The translations under genes and the position numbers were made by a program. A DNA stretch of 64,000 bases, taken from the NCBI GenBank assembly GCA_964035545.1, contig OZ037768.1, forward strand, positions 23,593,319 through 23,657,318, read 5' to 3'. Within the stretch, counting starts at the first letter, position 1, and each line of letters begins with the position of its first letter. The notes beneath the pieces are model-generated. The model had not been told where the DNA came from. It made no database searches and saw only the letters and a list, made by a program, of their open reading frames with translations. This DNA comes from Bugula neritina. Taxonomy: Eukaryota > Animalia > Bryozoa. Of this stretch, positions 1 through 12,269 are shown in pieces.

Positions 1-3000
1 CTCAGCCACCAGATGGGTAAGGAAATGTTTCAGTAGATATGATGTTGCTCGTGTAGCAGCTTTTGCTATACTGGTAGCTCCTTTAACTCATTTACTTCAG
101 TCTGACTACAGTACTGTAATTGTATATAATGCATCTCTACTATCTCAAAGTACCTGTTTATGTTTTATCTGGTTCCTGACCCTCAGGTTTAGCAGCAATT
201 GACAGAGTAATAATTCTACACTATTCAGTGGTACTCTAAATGATAAATATGATAATAATTATAGGAGAGTGTGTCAATCTGTGAAATAGCTAAGTTCACT
301 CTTTAATTAACCCAAGTATATAACTTTCTTCATAAATAATGCAACCGTATTATTGACCCATCGTGTGGAATTACTCAATCATCAAAGCCAGTAGTCAATA
401 AAAACCTTTTCACATCCAAAGCTAAGCAACCAGCTAGCACATTTTATCTATTCATTTGATTGAGGCTTTTCATGGAGTAAGTTAAAATTTAATTACTTTC
501 CACATGTTTGGATTCATATTCAAAAGAAGAATTTATCATAAATGCATGTTTTAATTTATATTAGATTACAAACCTGACAGTGTTGGCTGTTATAAACATT
601 TTGCAACTTTCACAAGACTCCTTCCTAAATGCTGATTTGACTGTCAACCAGTGAATGATCTACCTGAACAGAAAGTCAAACTGGTTCTAATCTTAATTCT
701 TTTTTTTTCAGCAATAGCTCAATTTAAACAATAAATTTAGCTGTTTTAGTCGCTTAGAAATTTCATACTGTTTTCAGCTGATCAAAACACAACCATGGTT
801 AGTTGAAGTTTCAATTTGATTTTATAAGAATAAGTTTATTTATAATTGCGAAAAGTCAATAAATAGTGTATTGAAGAGCCGTCAATGCAGTGACTGTAAC
901 CAGAGATAACTTCTGGCCGTGTCTTCTGCAGTTCTGAGCCCCAGTTGCCAAAGGAGATTTCCATGCTGACTGGCCTCACTTCACTGAGTCTCATTTACTG
1001 CAATGTTGGCAGTCTACCTGAGAGGTATGTATACGTGAGAGATTAGTCTAACAACAAGGTTTTTGTAATTGAATTTGTTTTATAATTTTTATCTAATAAG
1101 AGGTGTGGGTGACATTTAACAATCGGAATAATAGCTTCACCATTGTTGATAATCCGCATAATAAATTTCCATTAACAGCTTATTAGAACAAATTCAATAT
1201 GACTTCAGTTTCTTGGCAACTTATATCTCAAATTCAAAGTTTTAGGGATACTGAGTTTTAGAATTGTAGTGAAATTTTACGATAATAGTTTAGCGTGTGT
1301 TTTACCTAGAGTTGTCTTTTCAAATTTTATACTTATTTTCATAATAGCTTTATGATTTATGATCATATAAATCGATCCCGGCTGAAAATCAGAACATATT
1401 CCGATGTCTGTAAGCGCGACAATTTATCGGAATGACCGACAATTTGTTGGTGTGTTCGACTTTCGAATGTGACCGATAGAAGTTTCCAGAAGGGTTTTTG
1501 TCCCTGTATATAAAGAGGTGAGCTCACAGAGTAGATCAGTCTACCACTGGAGCTTGCAGGGTACAGACCTACCTATACACACTACTTTTCATACTACAAT
1601 AAAGATTCTTCTCTCAAGACTACAACTCTACCTGGTTTCTTCTATATTGGAGTTATGCTCCCCACTTAATTTCATTCTACCCACAAAACTACTACAGTAT
1701 TTAACCATTCAATCAACTTTTTGAAACTATTTTGTAGCGCAAGAGCTTTACAGAATCTGGAAGTGTTAGAGATTACTACGGATGATTTCTTTGCAAAATT
1801 TTCACCCGTGATATCAGAATTAAAGGCTTTGAAAGAATTAGACCTGGTAGCTCATGGAATATCCTCTCTTCCCATGAGGTAGTAACCTGATTAAAAAAGT
1901 CCTGCTTTAACTTTTATAAGATACTAACAGGACTTTAAATATCAGATTAGCCCATTGGTTTGATTTATCTGTAAAAAATTTTTGAATTACATAACTAAAT
2001 TTAAGTATTTTATGTTACCCAAGTATGTTTTTCATTTTATTAAATAATTTTGAGTGACTACATTACTTGAATTGACTACACAGAAACTAGCTCACAACGT
2101 GATGCCATGATTGGGCATTTCTCTCAAGTAAACATTTTCAGTTTATGATTGAATTTTCTTTATTTTATGTTATCTTGTATACCACTATTTTCAGCCTACA
2201 AAATCTTGAGCAGCTACACACACTACACTTCTTTTCTTTGGATTTTCGATCTGGTCTGCCAGAAGTTATTTCACATTTGCCATCTCTTAAACAGTTGGTG
2301 TTAAACAGATGTGGTCTTGCAGAACTTCCAATGAGGTAATAGTTTAACATCACCATGTTTTGATAATTTATTTGAAAAATATTCTGATCTATACTTGTTA
2401 CTAAAAAGGTCGTGTCCAACTGTTTGCCTTTCTCATGTTTTAGTTTGGAAAATTTGAAAAATCTAGAAATTCTCAACATTTTGGCAAATGATTTTCAAGG
2501 AAAACTCCCCTCTGTCGTTTTTACACTCGCCCAGTTACAAAAACTAAATGTTGGGAACAACATGCGTCTCACAGAGCTAGGAGCTGATCTGATGAAACTA
2601 AGCAAGCTCACAGAGTTGAAATGTGAAAATTGTTTCAATCTTGAGTTTCCAGACTATACTGTGTGCCAGCAGGGTATTGATGCCATCAAGAAGTTTTACA
2701 GGGACTGGGATACTGCAGCTGGCACAGGCGTGACTGTTCTACCAGTTGCTGTCGTTGGCAATACACTGGCTGGTAAAACCAGTCTTGTGTTGAGTTTGAA
2801 GGAAGAAAAGCAAGTCCTTACATTTCGTGATGAAACGTCGCCTTTGGATGAGACTACAAAAGTGTTTGATTTCCACAGTTTGAACCTATCAGATTCAATT
2901 GTCAGGTTCATTGATTTTGGTGGCCATGAAGTATATCATATGGCCTATCAGCTAACAATCAATAAGAATTGTGTCCCATTGGTTGTTGTTAATCTAGACG

Positions 3001-6000
3001 AATATCAAAAGTTGGCCAGTAGCCGAGGCGGCAGAGAGGCAACGAGAAGGTTGTGCTTGGATTGGCTGTCCCATTTCTATTTAGCATGTCCACATCTGGG
3101 TCCGCCAATTCTTGTGCTTTCTCACAAAGATCTTCTCTCAGATGTCGTGTTCGAGGAATGCAAAAGTCAGTTGCTTAGCTCAGCTGAAACTCTTCGAGTT
3201 GAGTTGCTTAAAGAAGAGAACAACATGTCTGAAGGCACAAGCGATTACTGCCGAATTGTTCATCTGTGTGATACCACTAAACCCTTGTTTCATCCAGATG
3301 ACATATTTGTTTTTGGTAATGAGCACGAAACAAAAGCCAGCATTCAAAGCCTCAGGCAATGCTTTAAAGGGCGCAGTAAGTTCAAAAGCCCTAACCCTAG
3401 GTTATGGGAACAAGTTGGTTCTTACTTGGAAGAACAACGATCTAAGCTGCTCATCTCCCTGTCTCAAATAAAGTCTAAGTTTCCCGATGAAAGTGGCATT
3501 GAAATCATTTTGAAAACTTTTCACAACAGTGGAAAGATTCTGTGGTTTGATCACCTATCAGATTTGCGCGAATATATTTTTCACCAAATACCAGCAATTG
3601 TAGAAATGATTGCTGTTCTTTTTCATCATGCTGGTGAAGAAAGATGGAAAAGTCGAGAAAATGATTTTGTTCCTTTTAAACATAAAAATCGCAATGTTGG
3701 GAAAATTGCCTACAAAGACATGGTGAAGAAATTTCTTGTGGAGGGTATTTTAAGTGAAGCTATTTTGGTAAATCTACTCAAACTAGAGACAGATTTTCCG
3801 GTTGACATGGCTTTGAAGCTACTTACCTCTTTTTGCATAATTCATGGGCCAATAACACAACAGGGCTGTGACGCTTTCATCCTGCCCTACTTTTCTAAGC
3901 AGTTCAAAGACCGAGAATGGAGAACTCATGGCTATCTGCAGCTTAGAGCAGATGTTGTGTTTGAGGGCCTTCCTCTGCCCAAATATGTCTACCAGTTGAT
4001 TACTGTAGCATTTTTGAATCATTTTTCAAACCCCACATATGCTTTGAAAGCCGCCAACAATGGAGCTACCGCTCAGTTTGGAGGATGCACTGCTCATCTG
4101 GTACACGATTGCTACACTAAAACTATCACCATTCAGGCCTCTACCCCTGTCGAAGCTGTCGGTAACTCATGGAGTATTTTGGTGCAGCTCCTAAAACTTA
4201 TTGTAAGACACACAACTAAAGTTTGGAAGGCATGTCGACCAGAAGTGTTAATCTACTGTTCCCACTGTCTCTTTATCAAAGCTGAAAATCCTGACTACCA
4301 CGTCACACCTTCCTGGTTTCAATCCCAATTAAATATGACAGACATGCCAGTGTTTAACCCACTTGAGCCTGTGGCCTGTGAAAATTCTAAACTCGATAGC
4401 AACGGGCAGTTGACTGTGCCCTCCATCCTTCGTTTCCCTTGTGAGTAGGTTACTTTATCATCTTGTACAACCAGATATTGAAATCATAAAACTAAAATAG
4501 GTTATAATATGAAATGCTTTTAACACACTCTGTTGCAGGAAGTTTGTGTCAGTTTCTTGGGTGTAATTTGTGAAATTATTTTCTTTGCCCAATTAGCTTG
4601 ATACTTTGTAGGCTATTGCTCGGAAGGAGATGAAGTATCAAGTCTAAAGAACTATCTCAGTGCCCTGGAGAACACTCTTCCATCCAAAACGAGTTAGTGT
4701 CAAACTATTGCCTGCTTTTCAGTGCTATGAGACACAAACTGCAATGTTTCCAGTATTATTAGTCATTAACTACAGTCTACTGGCATCTAGAATAGTTTTC
4801 TTAGTTTGGTTATACACACTTTGAGTTGTTGATACCAGGTTTCTGCAATTATTATTATATTGCATATTATCTAATTATTGGCAAGCTGCTTCGTTTTTTA
4901 TTCTCGCTTTCTTAGTCAATAATCCACTTGCCTTTTCTAGGCCTTCAAATAACTACTTTTCATTTATATTTCATAAGGTTCTACACCAACAAAAGCAGGT
5001 GAATATCCTGACCTTGATGATCAAGATGACCTCGAAAATGTTGACTGCACGCATGAGAATGAAGAAGAAAGTGACATCTCTGACATCGAGGAGGCGGGTT
5101 ATGCTGACTTTAATAAAGCTGACCTTGACCCTCATATCTGCAACTTGATGCAACTCCAGCCAACCAGGAAAAGGAATATCAAAAAGCTGTTTAACAACAA
5201 GAAGGCGGTAAAACTTTAAGTTATTATATTCCAACTTGGATTATTATATTCCTATATTCCGTGATATTCTTTGTTGATTGTGCCATGAAAACTTTCTATT
5301 ACTGGTAAAACTCCCCCCCCCCCAAAGTTCTCCCTGTATGCTGGATTTATTAGCTATTATCTACTGTACTACCATGCCAACCCCGCACGGTGTTTGTTTT
5401 TCCTCTACGCTTCTTTTTCTCTCAGGTGTACGAGATGAGTGACCCTGTTAGAGGTCGTGCGATGATCATAAACATTGAGAACTTTCGCAAAGATGGCCGA
5501 CACCGCCCGGAGCTGACAAGAAAAGGCTCTTATATCGACTATCAAAACATTCGCAGACTGTTTCAAGATATGACATTTGATATTGTAAAGAAGGACGAAG
5601 AGATGTCAGATCTGTGCAAAAACGTTTGTATCCAACATAGTAATAAATAGATGTATGATCAACACAACCAAACCAAGTTCTATTTTTATATTGATTTTTA
5701 ATAGAAAAACTGACTATAATTAAGCATGTTTGACCAGCAGTTTAGCTAATTTAAACTTTTGTAAAAACATGGATTAGCTGTAAAGCTGATTCTAAAGTTA
5801 ACTAAGAGCACACCAGTTAATAGCCTGTTAACTGTTAACACTGACTTTGGTTTCATTCACTCACAGGAGATACTAGCCGAGATTAAAAAGGAGACGGAGT
5901 TGTCCGTCCACAAGACCCTTGGGATGTTCGTCCTCGTCATCATGTCTCACGGCTCGGCCAATAACATCTTTTATGACAAAGACTGCGTACCTGTGAATAT

Positions 6001-7037
6001 TATGACTGAAGTGAAAGACTTGCTTTCGGCCAGTCGTTTTCCAGCTATGAGAGGAAAACCTAAGCTGATAATACTTCAGGCATGCTCAGGCAGTGAGTCA
6101 TCGTGTCTGTGTGTTGATGAGTCAGCTTTATACTATATGCTGCTTATATACTGGTATACTATATATATTTTGTATACTATCTACTGTTTAATATATAGTG
6201 TATACTACATACTGGTATACTGTATATATTATACTGTATACTATATACTGTATATTATATTCTGCTATACTGTATATTATGTACTGTTCCAGGTCAGGTT
6301 GATCTTGGTGGTGCCACGAGCAACACTCAAACTGCTTTGCCAACTTCTACCATCTCAAGTGATGACCCTAGCTCTGTTGACAGTGCAACGCCATCTGAAC
6401 CAATCATTCCCTCAGCTGGGCCAGTACCCTCAGCCAGGCCAGTACCCTCAGCTGGGCTAGTACCTTCAGCCGGGCCAGTACCCTCAGCTGGGCCAGTATC
6501 TCCAGCCGGGCCAGTTACAGATATTGACGTTAGCCGACTGGATTACCTGGATGTTGATGATTTCTACATCATGAAGTCAAGCACAGAATGTAAATATAGA
6601 TAGCTGTCTTTTATTAGATGTATACAAAACTTACGGTTGGTTAATATTTCACTAACTTCTTTCCTAAACTCACCTTTCCTCTCATTAAAGCATTCACAGC
6701 AGGGAGGGATGACTCATACGGCTCGTGGTTCATCAGAGTTCTGGTCGCAACTTTCTACAAACACAGCTGTCACAGGGACGTAGATCAGCTCTTTCTAATA
6801 GTGAGTCATTCTGTTCTCTTTTTACTACGGCCTGCTCTCATTGGTCAATTCCTTCTAACCAACAGTGTAATTGGTTGTGCATTGCTCTGGTAGATACAGG
6901 AGAGAGTTAGACAGGCGAGTATTGCGTACATGAAGAAGACTGGCTTAGCTGTTGGAGGAAATGTTCCTTCCAGACCAGACTGTACTTTCACTCATGGCAG
7001 GAAACTGCTCTTCTTCCCAAAGGTCAACGAAAAGTGA
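1..7037 (+). CDS. LRR-Roc-COR-caspase (ROCO GTPase fused to a C-terminal caspase); 5' end outside window
   Basis: Phase-compatible GT-AG exons: <1-16, 932-1024, 1738-1878, 2195-2335, 2444-4440, 4612-4692, 4978-5207, 5426-5623, 5867-6092, 6293-6589, 6691-6800, 6894-7037 (TGA). LRRs include LPKEISMLTGLTSLSLIYCNVGSLP and LQNLEQL...LPSLKQLVLNRCGLAELP. Roc motifs: GNTLAGKTS, FIDFGGHEVY, LSHKD. COR-like region: LKTFHNSGKILWF...YIFHQ. Caspase: YEMSDPVRGRAMIIN, RKGSYID, VIMSHG, KPKLIILQACSG; p10 GRDDSYGSWFI and RKLLFFP. Confidence 0.88.
6409..6515 (+). repeat. Coding 18-bp tandem repeat (PSAGPV) x~6 in the caspase inter-subunit linker
   Basis: ccctcagctgggccagta-like units; translation PSAGPVPSARPVPSAGLVPSAGPVPSAGPVSPAGPV. 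Confidence 0.9.
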
Positions 7038-7440
7038 CCTTTCTTGTAGTTCTAACAGCTCATTGAGAATTACTGCTGAGGTGAAAACAAACTAAACCAG
7101 GTCACTATGTTTCATTGTAATAAACAGTCCACATTGACAATTAGTATATATATAGTCGTCATATGTACATGGCAATGCTTATCTGGTGCATTCATGATAC
7201 TTCTATTATATGATGCCAATACCTTTGGAGCTTAGTGCTATTTTCTATATTCCAAAATTCTAACCAACACTAAATGCACTCTATTTCACCCCTAGTTTTA
7301 TTAGCTACATATTTAATTTTACATAATTTGTGTACTGCTCAGTTTTTATAGCTATACAATTTATATGCCACATTTATACTGTTTGGTCACTTGTAAATAT
7401 AAACATCTGTACTACATAATCATAAGGTACATCTACTTGT

Positions 7441-7480
7441 AATCCTCACAGGGATAGTGACTATGAACTTGTGTGAGTTT
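7441..7480 (+). mobile_element. 3'-end fragment of the tRNA-derived SINE family
   Basis: ctcacagggatagtgactatgaacttgtgtgagttt matches the reverse complement of the 3' tails of the SINE copies at 43424 and 52943. Confidence 0.6.
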
Positions 7481-7910
7481 ACACCTGCTTGTATGTCGTG
7501 ATATGAAAGCCTTGCTACAGGCTGGAACAGTTAACAGAGTGCATGCTTCACTGTGTAGAGGTGTAGGCTGTTTCATTCCTGAGTTCAAATTATGGTAGAA
7601 AGTCTTCGTTTTATGTCAGACCTAAAGGAACAACCTAATTAGTGACTCCATTAGCACACAGTCTCTACTTCCTGTTAGGGGAAGAGCAGCTGAACACTGG
7701 TAGAGCATCTCCCTATGAGAGCAAAAAACTTCGCAATTTTTTCAGTAAGACAAAAACTTGTTAAAAATTTATTGAATACAATTATATTATATAAAAAGTA
7801 ATGAGAAAATGTATACTATTTAATATAACAAAATGATATTGGTGAGATTGTCCATGATGGTATATAACAGATCCTTCAGATAAATGGAGAGCGACTGATA
7901 GAAGAATACT

Positions 7911-8112
7911 GGTGTATATATTGTAAAGTGACACTGTTAGTGTATACATTTTAAAAGTGACACTGTTGGTGTATACATTGTAAAGTGACACTGTTGGTGT
8001 ATACATTGTAAAGTGACACTGTTAGTGTATACATTGTAAAGTGACACTGTTAGTGTATACATTGTAAAGTGACACTGTTAGTGTATACATTGTAAAGTGA
8101 CACTGTTGGTGT
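7911..8112. repeat. 28-bp minisatellite (probably in the 3' UTR of the Ihog/BOC-like gene)
   Basis: gtgtatacattgtaaagtgacactgtt(a/g) x~7; a minus-strand AATAAA lies at ~7768-7773. Confidence 0.9.
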
Positions 8113-8480
8113 AACCAGAGCACAGAAAGTTGGAAAGTAAAAACTACAGTCAGTTGAACAACGGACTGTATTATCACATATTGACGATTGACTGTATATA
8201 ATATACTTGTATATTATATAATATAATATAAAATACTAATATAGTTATATAATATACTAGTATACTATATAATATATAGTTATATAATATGCTTATATAA
8301 TATAGGTGTAACATGAATGAATAAAACAGGCTTTTATGTTTGATAAACTAGTTGTGGCGGGAGGGGAAGGGAGAGCACCAACATAATCCACCAGGATTGT
8401 AGGCTATAGTAAGTCATGTAATGCATAGTGCTGTTATAACAAGTTCTGCTGCAGATATCATCTAAAGCTATTTCTCTAGA

Positions 8481-11400
8481 TTACACTTGCTCATCCTTAT
8501 AGCCTAAGTCCCCGGTATTGGTGTCCATAGTGTTGGTGTTCAGTGGGTACGTCTCGTCACAATCCCCCTCCGCAGTGCTGGGTACACTGTGGCTATAACT
8601 TGAGGGTAGGACCGGAGGAGGGGGTAGCATCTGACTGTATTCCTCGGCACCCGTACCTTCTGCAACAAAGAGTATATGACTTACTATGAGCTCTACACTC
8701 TAACTATGAGCTCTACACTTTAGCTATGAGCTCTACTTTAGCTATGAGCTCTACACTCTAACTATGAGCTCTACACTCCCACTATGAGCTCTACACTCTT
8801 ACTATGAGCTCTACACTCCTACTATGAGCTCTACACTCTAACTATGAGCTCTACACTCTAACTATGAGCTCTACACACTAACTATGAGCTCTACAATCTA
8901 ACTATGAGTTCTACACTTTAACTATGAGCTCTACACACTAACTATGAGCTCTAGAAGAGGGGTGGGGGAAGAGAGAGAGTTGAGAGGGAGAAGATAGAAA
9001 GACTTACCGCCGCTGCTCAAGTCCGTGTTGGTGTTGTAGTCCCTCCCAGAGCCGGGGTTTGAGTGGCTCAACATCTGATCTCGCTGACTTCTCTTCTTCC
9101 TGCGTTTTCGCTGCTGATTGACTGGCGGGTGGTCACTGGGTGCAGGAGAGTGGCAGTGAGGGACGGGTCTCAGACCTTCCAGTAATAATATAGTAGTTAA
9201 TAATTATACAATAAGTCCTGTGTGCCAGACACCCCAGGGCAATGGGAGCTGCAAGAAAGCAGCTTGAAAAGGTATTTCAAATCCCACTGCAAAATAATTC
9301 AATAAACACATAAAATATTTTCAACTACGGCCGTGACCTTCAACTAACCTTGAGGATGCGGTAGTTTATTATAGTGAGTCGGAACAGGCGGGGCAGGGGA
9401 GCCTTCCTTCGTGGTTCTAGGTAGGAAGGTGCTGAACTGCGGGGTGTTGGAGCGAGACCTCTCGTACTGCTGGTGTACGTTGTAGTGTGGCAAGGAACCA
9501 TGGGAATAGTGATGACCATTGGCAGCGTCGTGCTGACTTCCGGCATCTAAAGCACACATAGACATAGAGAGTATATTATATACATGTGTACACATAGACA
9601 TAGAGAGTATATTATATATACATGTGTACACATAGACATAGAGAGTATATATATATACATGTGTACACATAGACATAGAGAGTATGATAGTATATATTAC
9701 CTATGACGCTGTGATGAGAGCTATGAGGATGCTGCTGAAAGGAAGAGGGGGCGTGTCTGCTGCCGTTACTATTATAGTGAGGGTAGTGCTGCATCAAATT
9801 GTAGTCCAAGTGTTTCGTGTCCTATAAACAGTGAAGTTTATAATCATATATAATATAGTGTGTATAGTATAACGTGTAGTGTGTATTATACCATCTAGTA
9901 CAGTGTATATTATAATATCGTAGAATGTATATTTTATTATAGAATACAGTGTATATAACGTATACTATTACACAGAATACAAGCAGGTAAAACATCCACC
10001 TGGTGGTTCTCATTGGCTGCATAACTTTCATCGAGTTCATTCAGTGGATTTATATTCAGACTGATTCTCTGGGAGTGAACGGAGGACAGGGTGCCGTTGG
10101 AAGGGGCGGACATTGGGCCCACCCCGCCATTCATTGTGACAAACTGCGTGGATCCGTTGACACTCGGCTGTTTCAGCTGCTCTCCGTACAGAACTTTGGA
10201 GGCGTCTGCAAACTTGTTGTGACTTCCTCTTCCTCTTGCTAACAATACAACGGGGAGACAATAGAAACAACACATCAGAATTGTCTTCTCTTACATTCTA
10301 TTAGAGAGAAGACAATTACATCAGCTGCTTGTACTCTAGCTGAATTATAAAGTTTTGAGAAATCTAACAGAGTATTGGGATTATTAGTCTACCCATGTAA
10401 GCATATAATGTCGAGTATGTAAACAACAATGTATGTACACTCAAGATATTTGTATTCTATGTTATCAATGCGGTCAAAAGAATACATCAATATTTCTACA
10501 GGCGAAAACATATAGTTCTAAACATATACACATATAATTCTACACGTGTGTAGATATACAATTCAACACATATAGATACAGCATGCTCACCCAACACAGT
10601 TCTGCGACGCTGCCGCTGCTTGAAGCCGCAGACGGCTACAAACACTATGAGTATGAGAATCATGAGACCGAGCACCGAGCCGAGAATTATGTAGAGAAGA
10701 TCGCTGTCGCTCGTCAAACCAAAGATGTTCTTATCTTTGTCAGCGTTGATGTATTTCTGGTCGCTATTAGTTCCTCTTGTATCTGATCCGGGGTTGTCTC
10801 CACTGACGAGAGTTGGGAGGGAGTAGTCTTCAGTGTTGTAGTTTGCTGAAAACACAAGGAAAGAGTTTACAGGAAGACAGAGTGAGTTTTAGCACACAAG
10901 GGAACTTCACAGTAGAAGTGGGTAAAGGAACATCATTTATTCTTTTATTTAGGAGAGAAGAAAAGAGAAATTAATGATACCGAGTTTTGTGAGAGATTAA
11001 TAAGTAAGGAGTTCAACCAAACAGGAAGTGATAAACTCGTCGTACCGGAGAGCGAGTGAGTGAGCACAAAGCTGGGAGGACTCTGACCGTACGAGTTCTC
11101 GGCCGTAACTCTCACTCCGTACTTCTCTCCCGGAGACAGACCAGTTATGGTGGCTTCCATCACAACGTAGGACGGCTCTGCTAGGACAGACAGCTGTGAC
11201 CACGTGACATCCGCCGGCATGTCCCACACCTTGTACTGTAACACAACACAATAAACTGAAGAGAATTTCAAATGTATGCAGACAATGTGACACGACTTTA
11301 GCACTCTCGTAATATTTTAAAATATTGATAACATAATTACAAGTGAACTGAATTGCGATATTATATGTAAAGGTTATATAATGTAACTTACATCTTTTAT

Positions 11401-12170
11401 AAGTACTATTTTGTGAATACAAGTGGAGATACTTGGTCTAGACGTGGAGTTAGTTAACATGAATGAGTAGCACTATGAGTGAGTTGCACTGTGAGTGAGT
11501 AGCACTATGAGTGAGTAGCACTGTGAGTGAGTAGCACTGTGAGTGAGTTGCACTGTGAGTGAGTTGCACTGTGAGTGAGTAGCACTGTGAGTGAGTAGCA
11601 CTATGAGTGAGTAGCACTGTGAGTGAGTAGCACTGTGAGTGAGTTGCACTGTGAGTGAGTTGCACTGTGAGTGAGTAGCACTGTGAGTGAGTAGCACTAT
11701 GAGTAAGTAGCACTGTGAGTGAGTTGCACTGTGAGTAAGTAGCACTGTGAGTGAGTTGCACTGTGAGTGAGTAGCACTGTGAGTGAGTAGCACTGTGAGA
11801 GTTAGTTAGAGTCAGAGAAAGTGCTAGACAGTGAAGTACCTCAACTATGTATCTCTCCACCAGCTCCTTCTTGCTGCTGGGCCACACCACCGTCAGCTGA
11901 GTGCGACCCGTCTGCACGACGGAGGACACGGCGGGAGGAAACTTGGGAGCTGATGAAACTGCAGCTTTGAGCAGTTTGACTTTCCGCGTGCTGGGGCTCA
12001 CTTCCACCTGATTGTCCACATAAACAGCACCTATTCTGAATCGGTAGATCCCACCTTCAACATAAGAGTAGTACTAGTAGTAACAGTAGTAGTACTGGTG
12101 GTAGTAGTAGTAGTAGTAGTACTAGTAGTAGCAGTATTAGTAGTGGTGGTGGTGGTAGTGGTAGTAGTAC

Positions 12171-12205
<35 letters not shown>

Positions 12206-12234
12206 ATAGTAGTACTAGTAGTAACAGTAGTAGT

Positions 12235-12269
<35 letters not shown>

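Noticed and set aside
2412-4448. 678-aa ORF as a complete stand-alone (or bacterial) gene
   Set aside because: It starts at a GTG inside a polypyrimidine tract before an acceptor (2443) and has a GTGAGT donor at 4441, so it is an internal exon.
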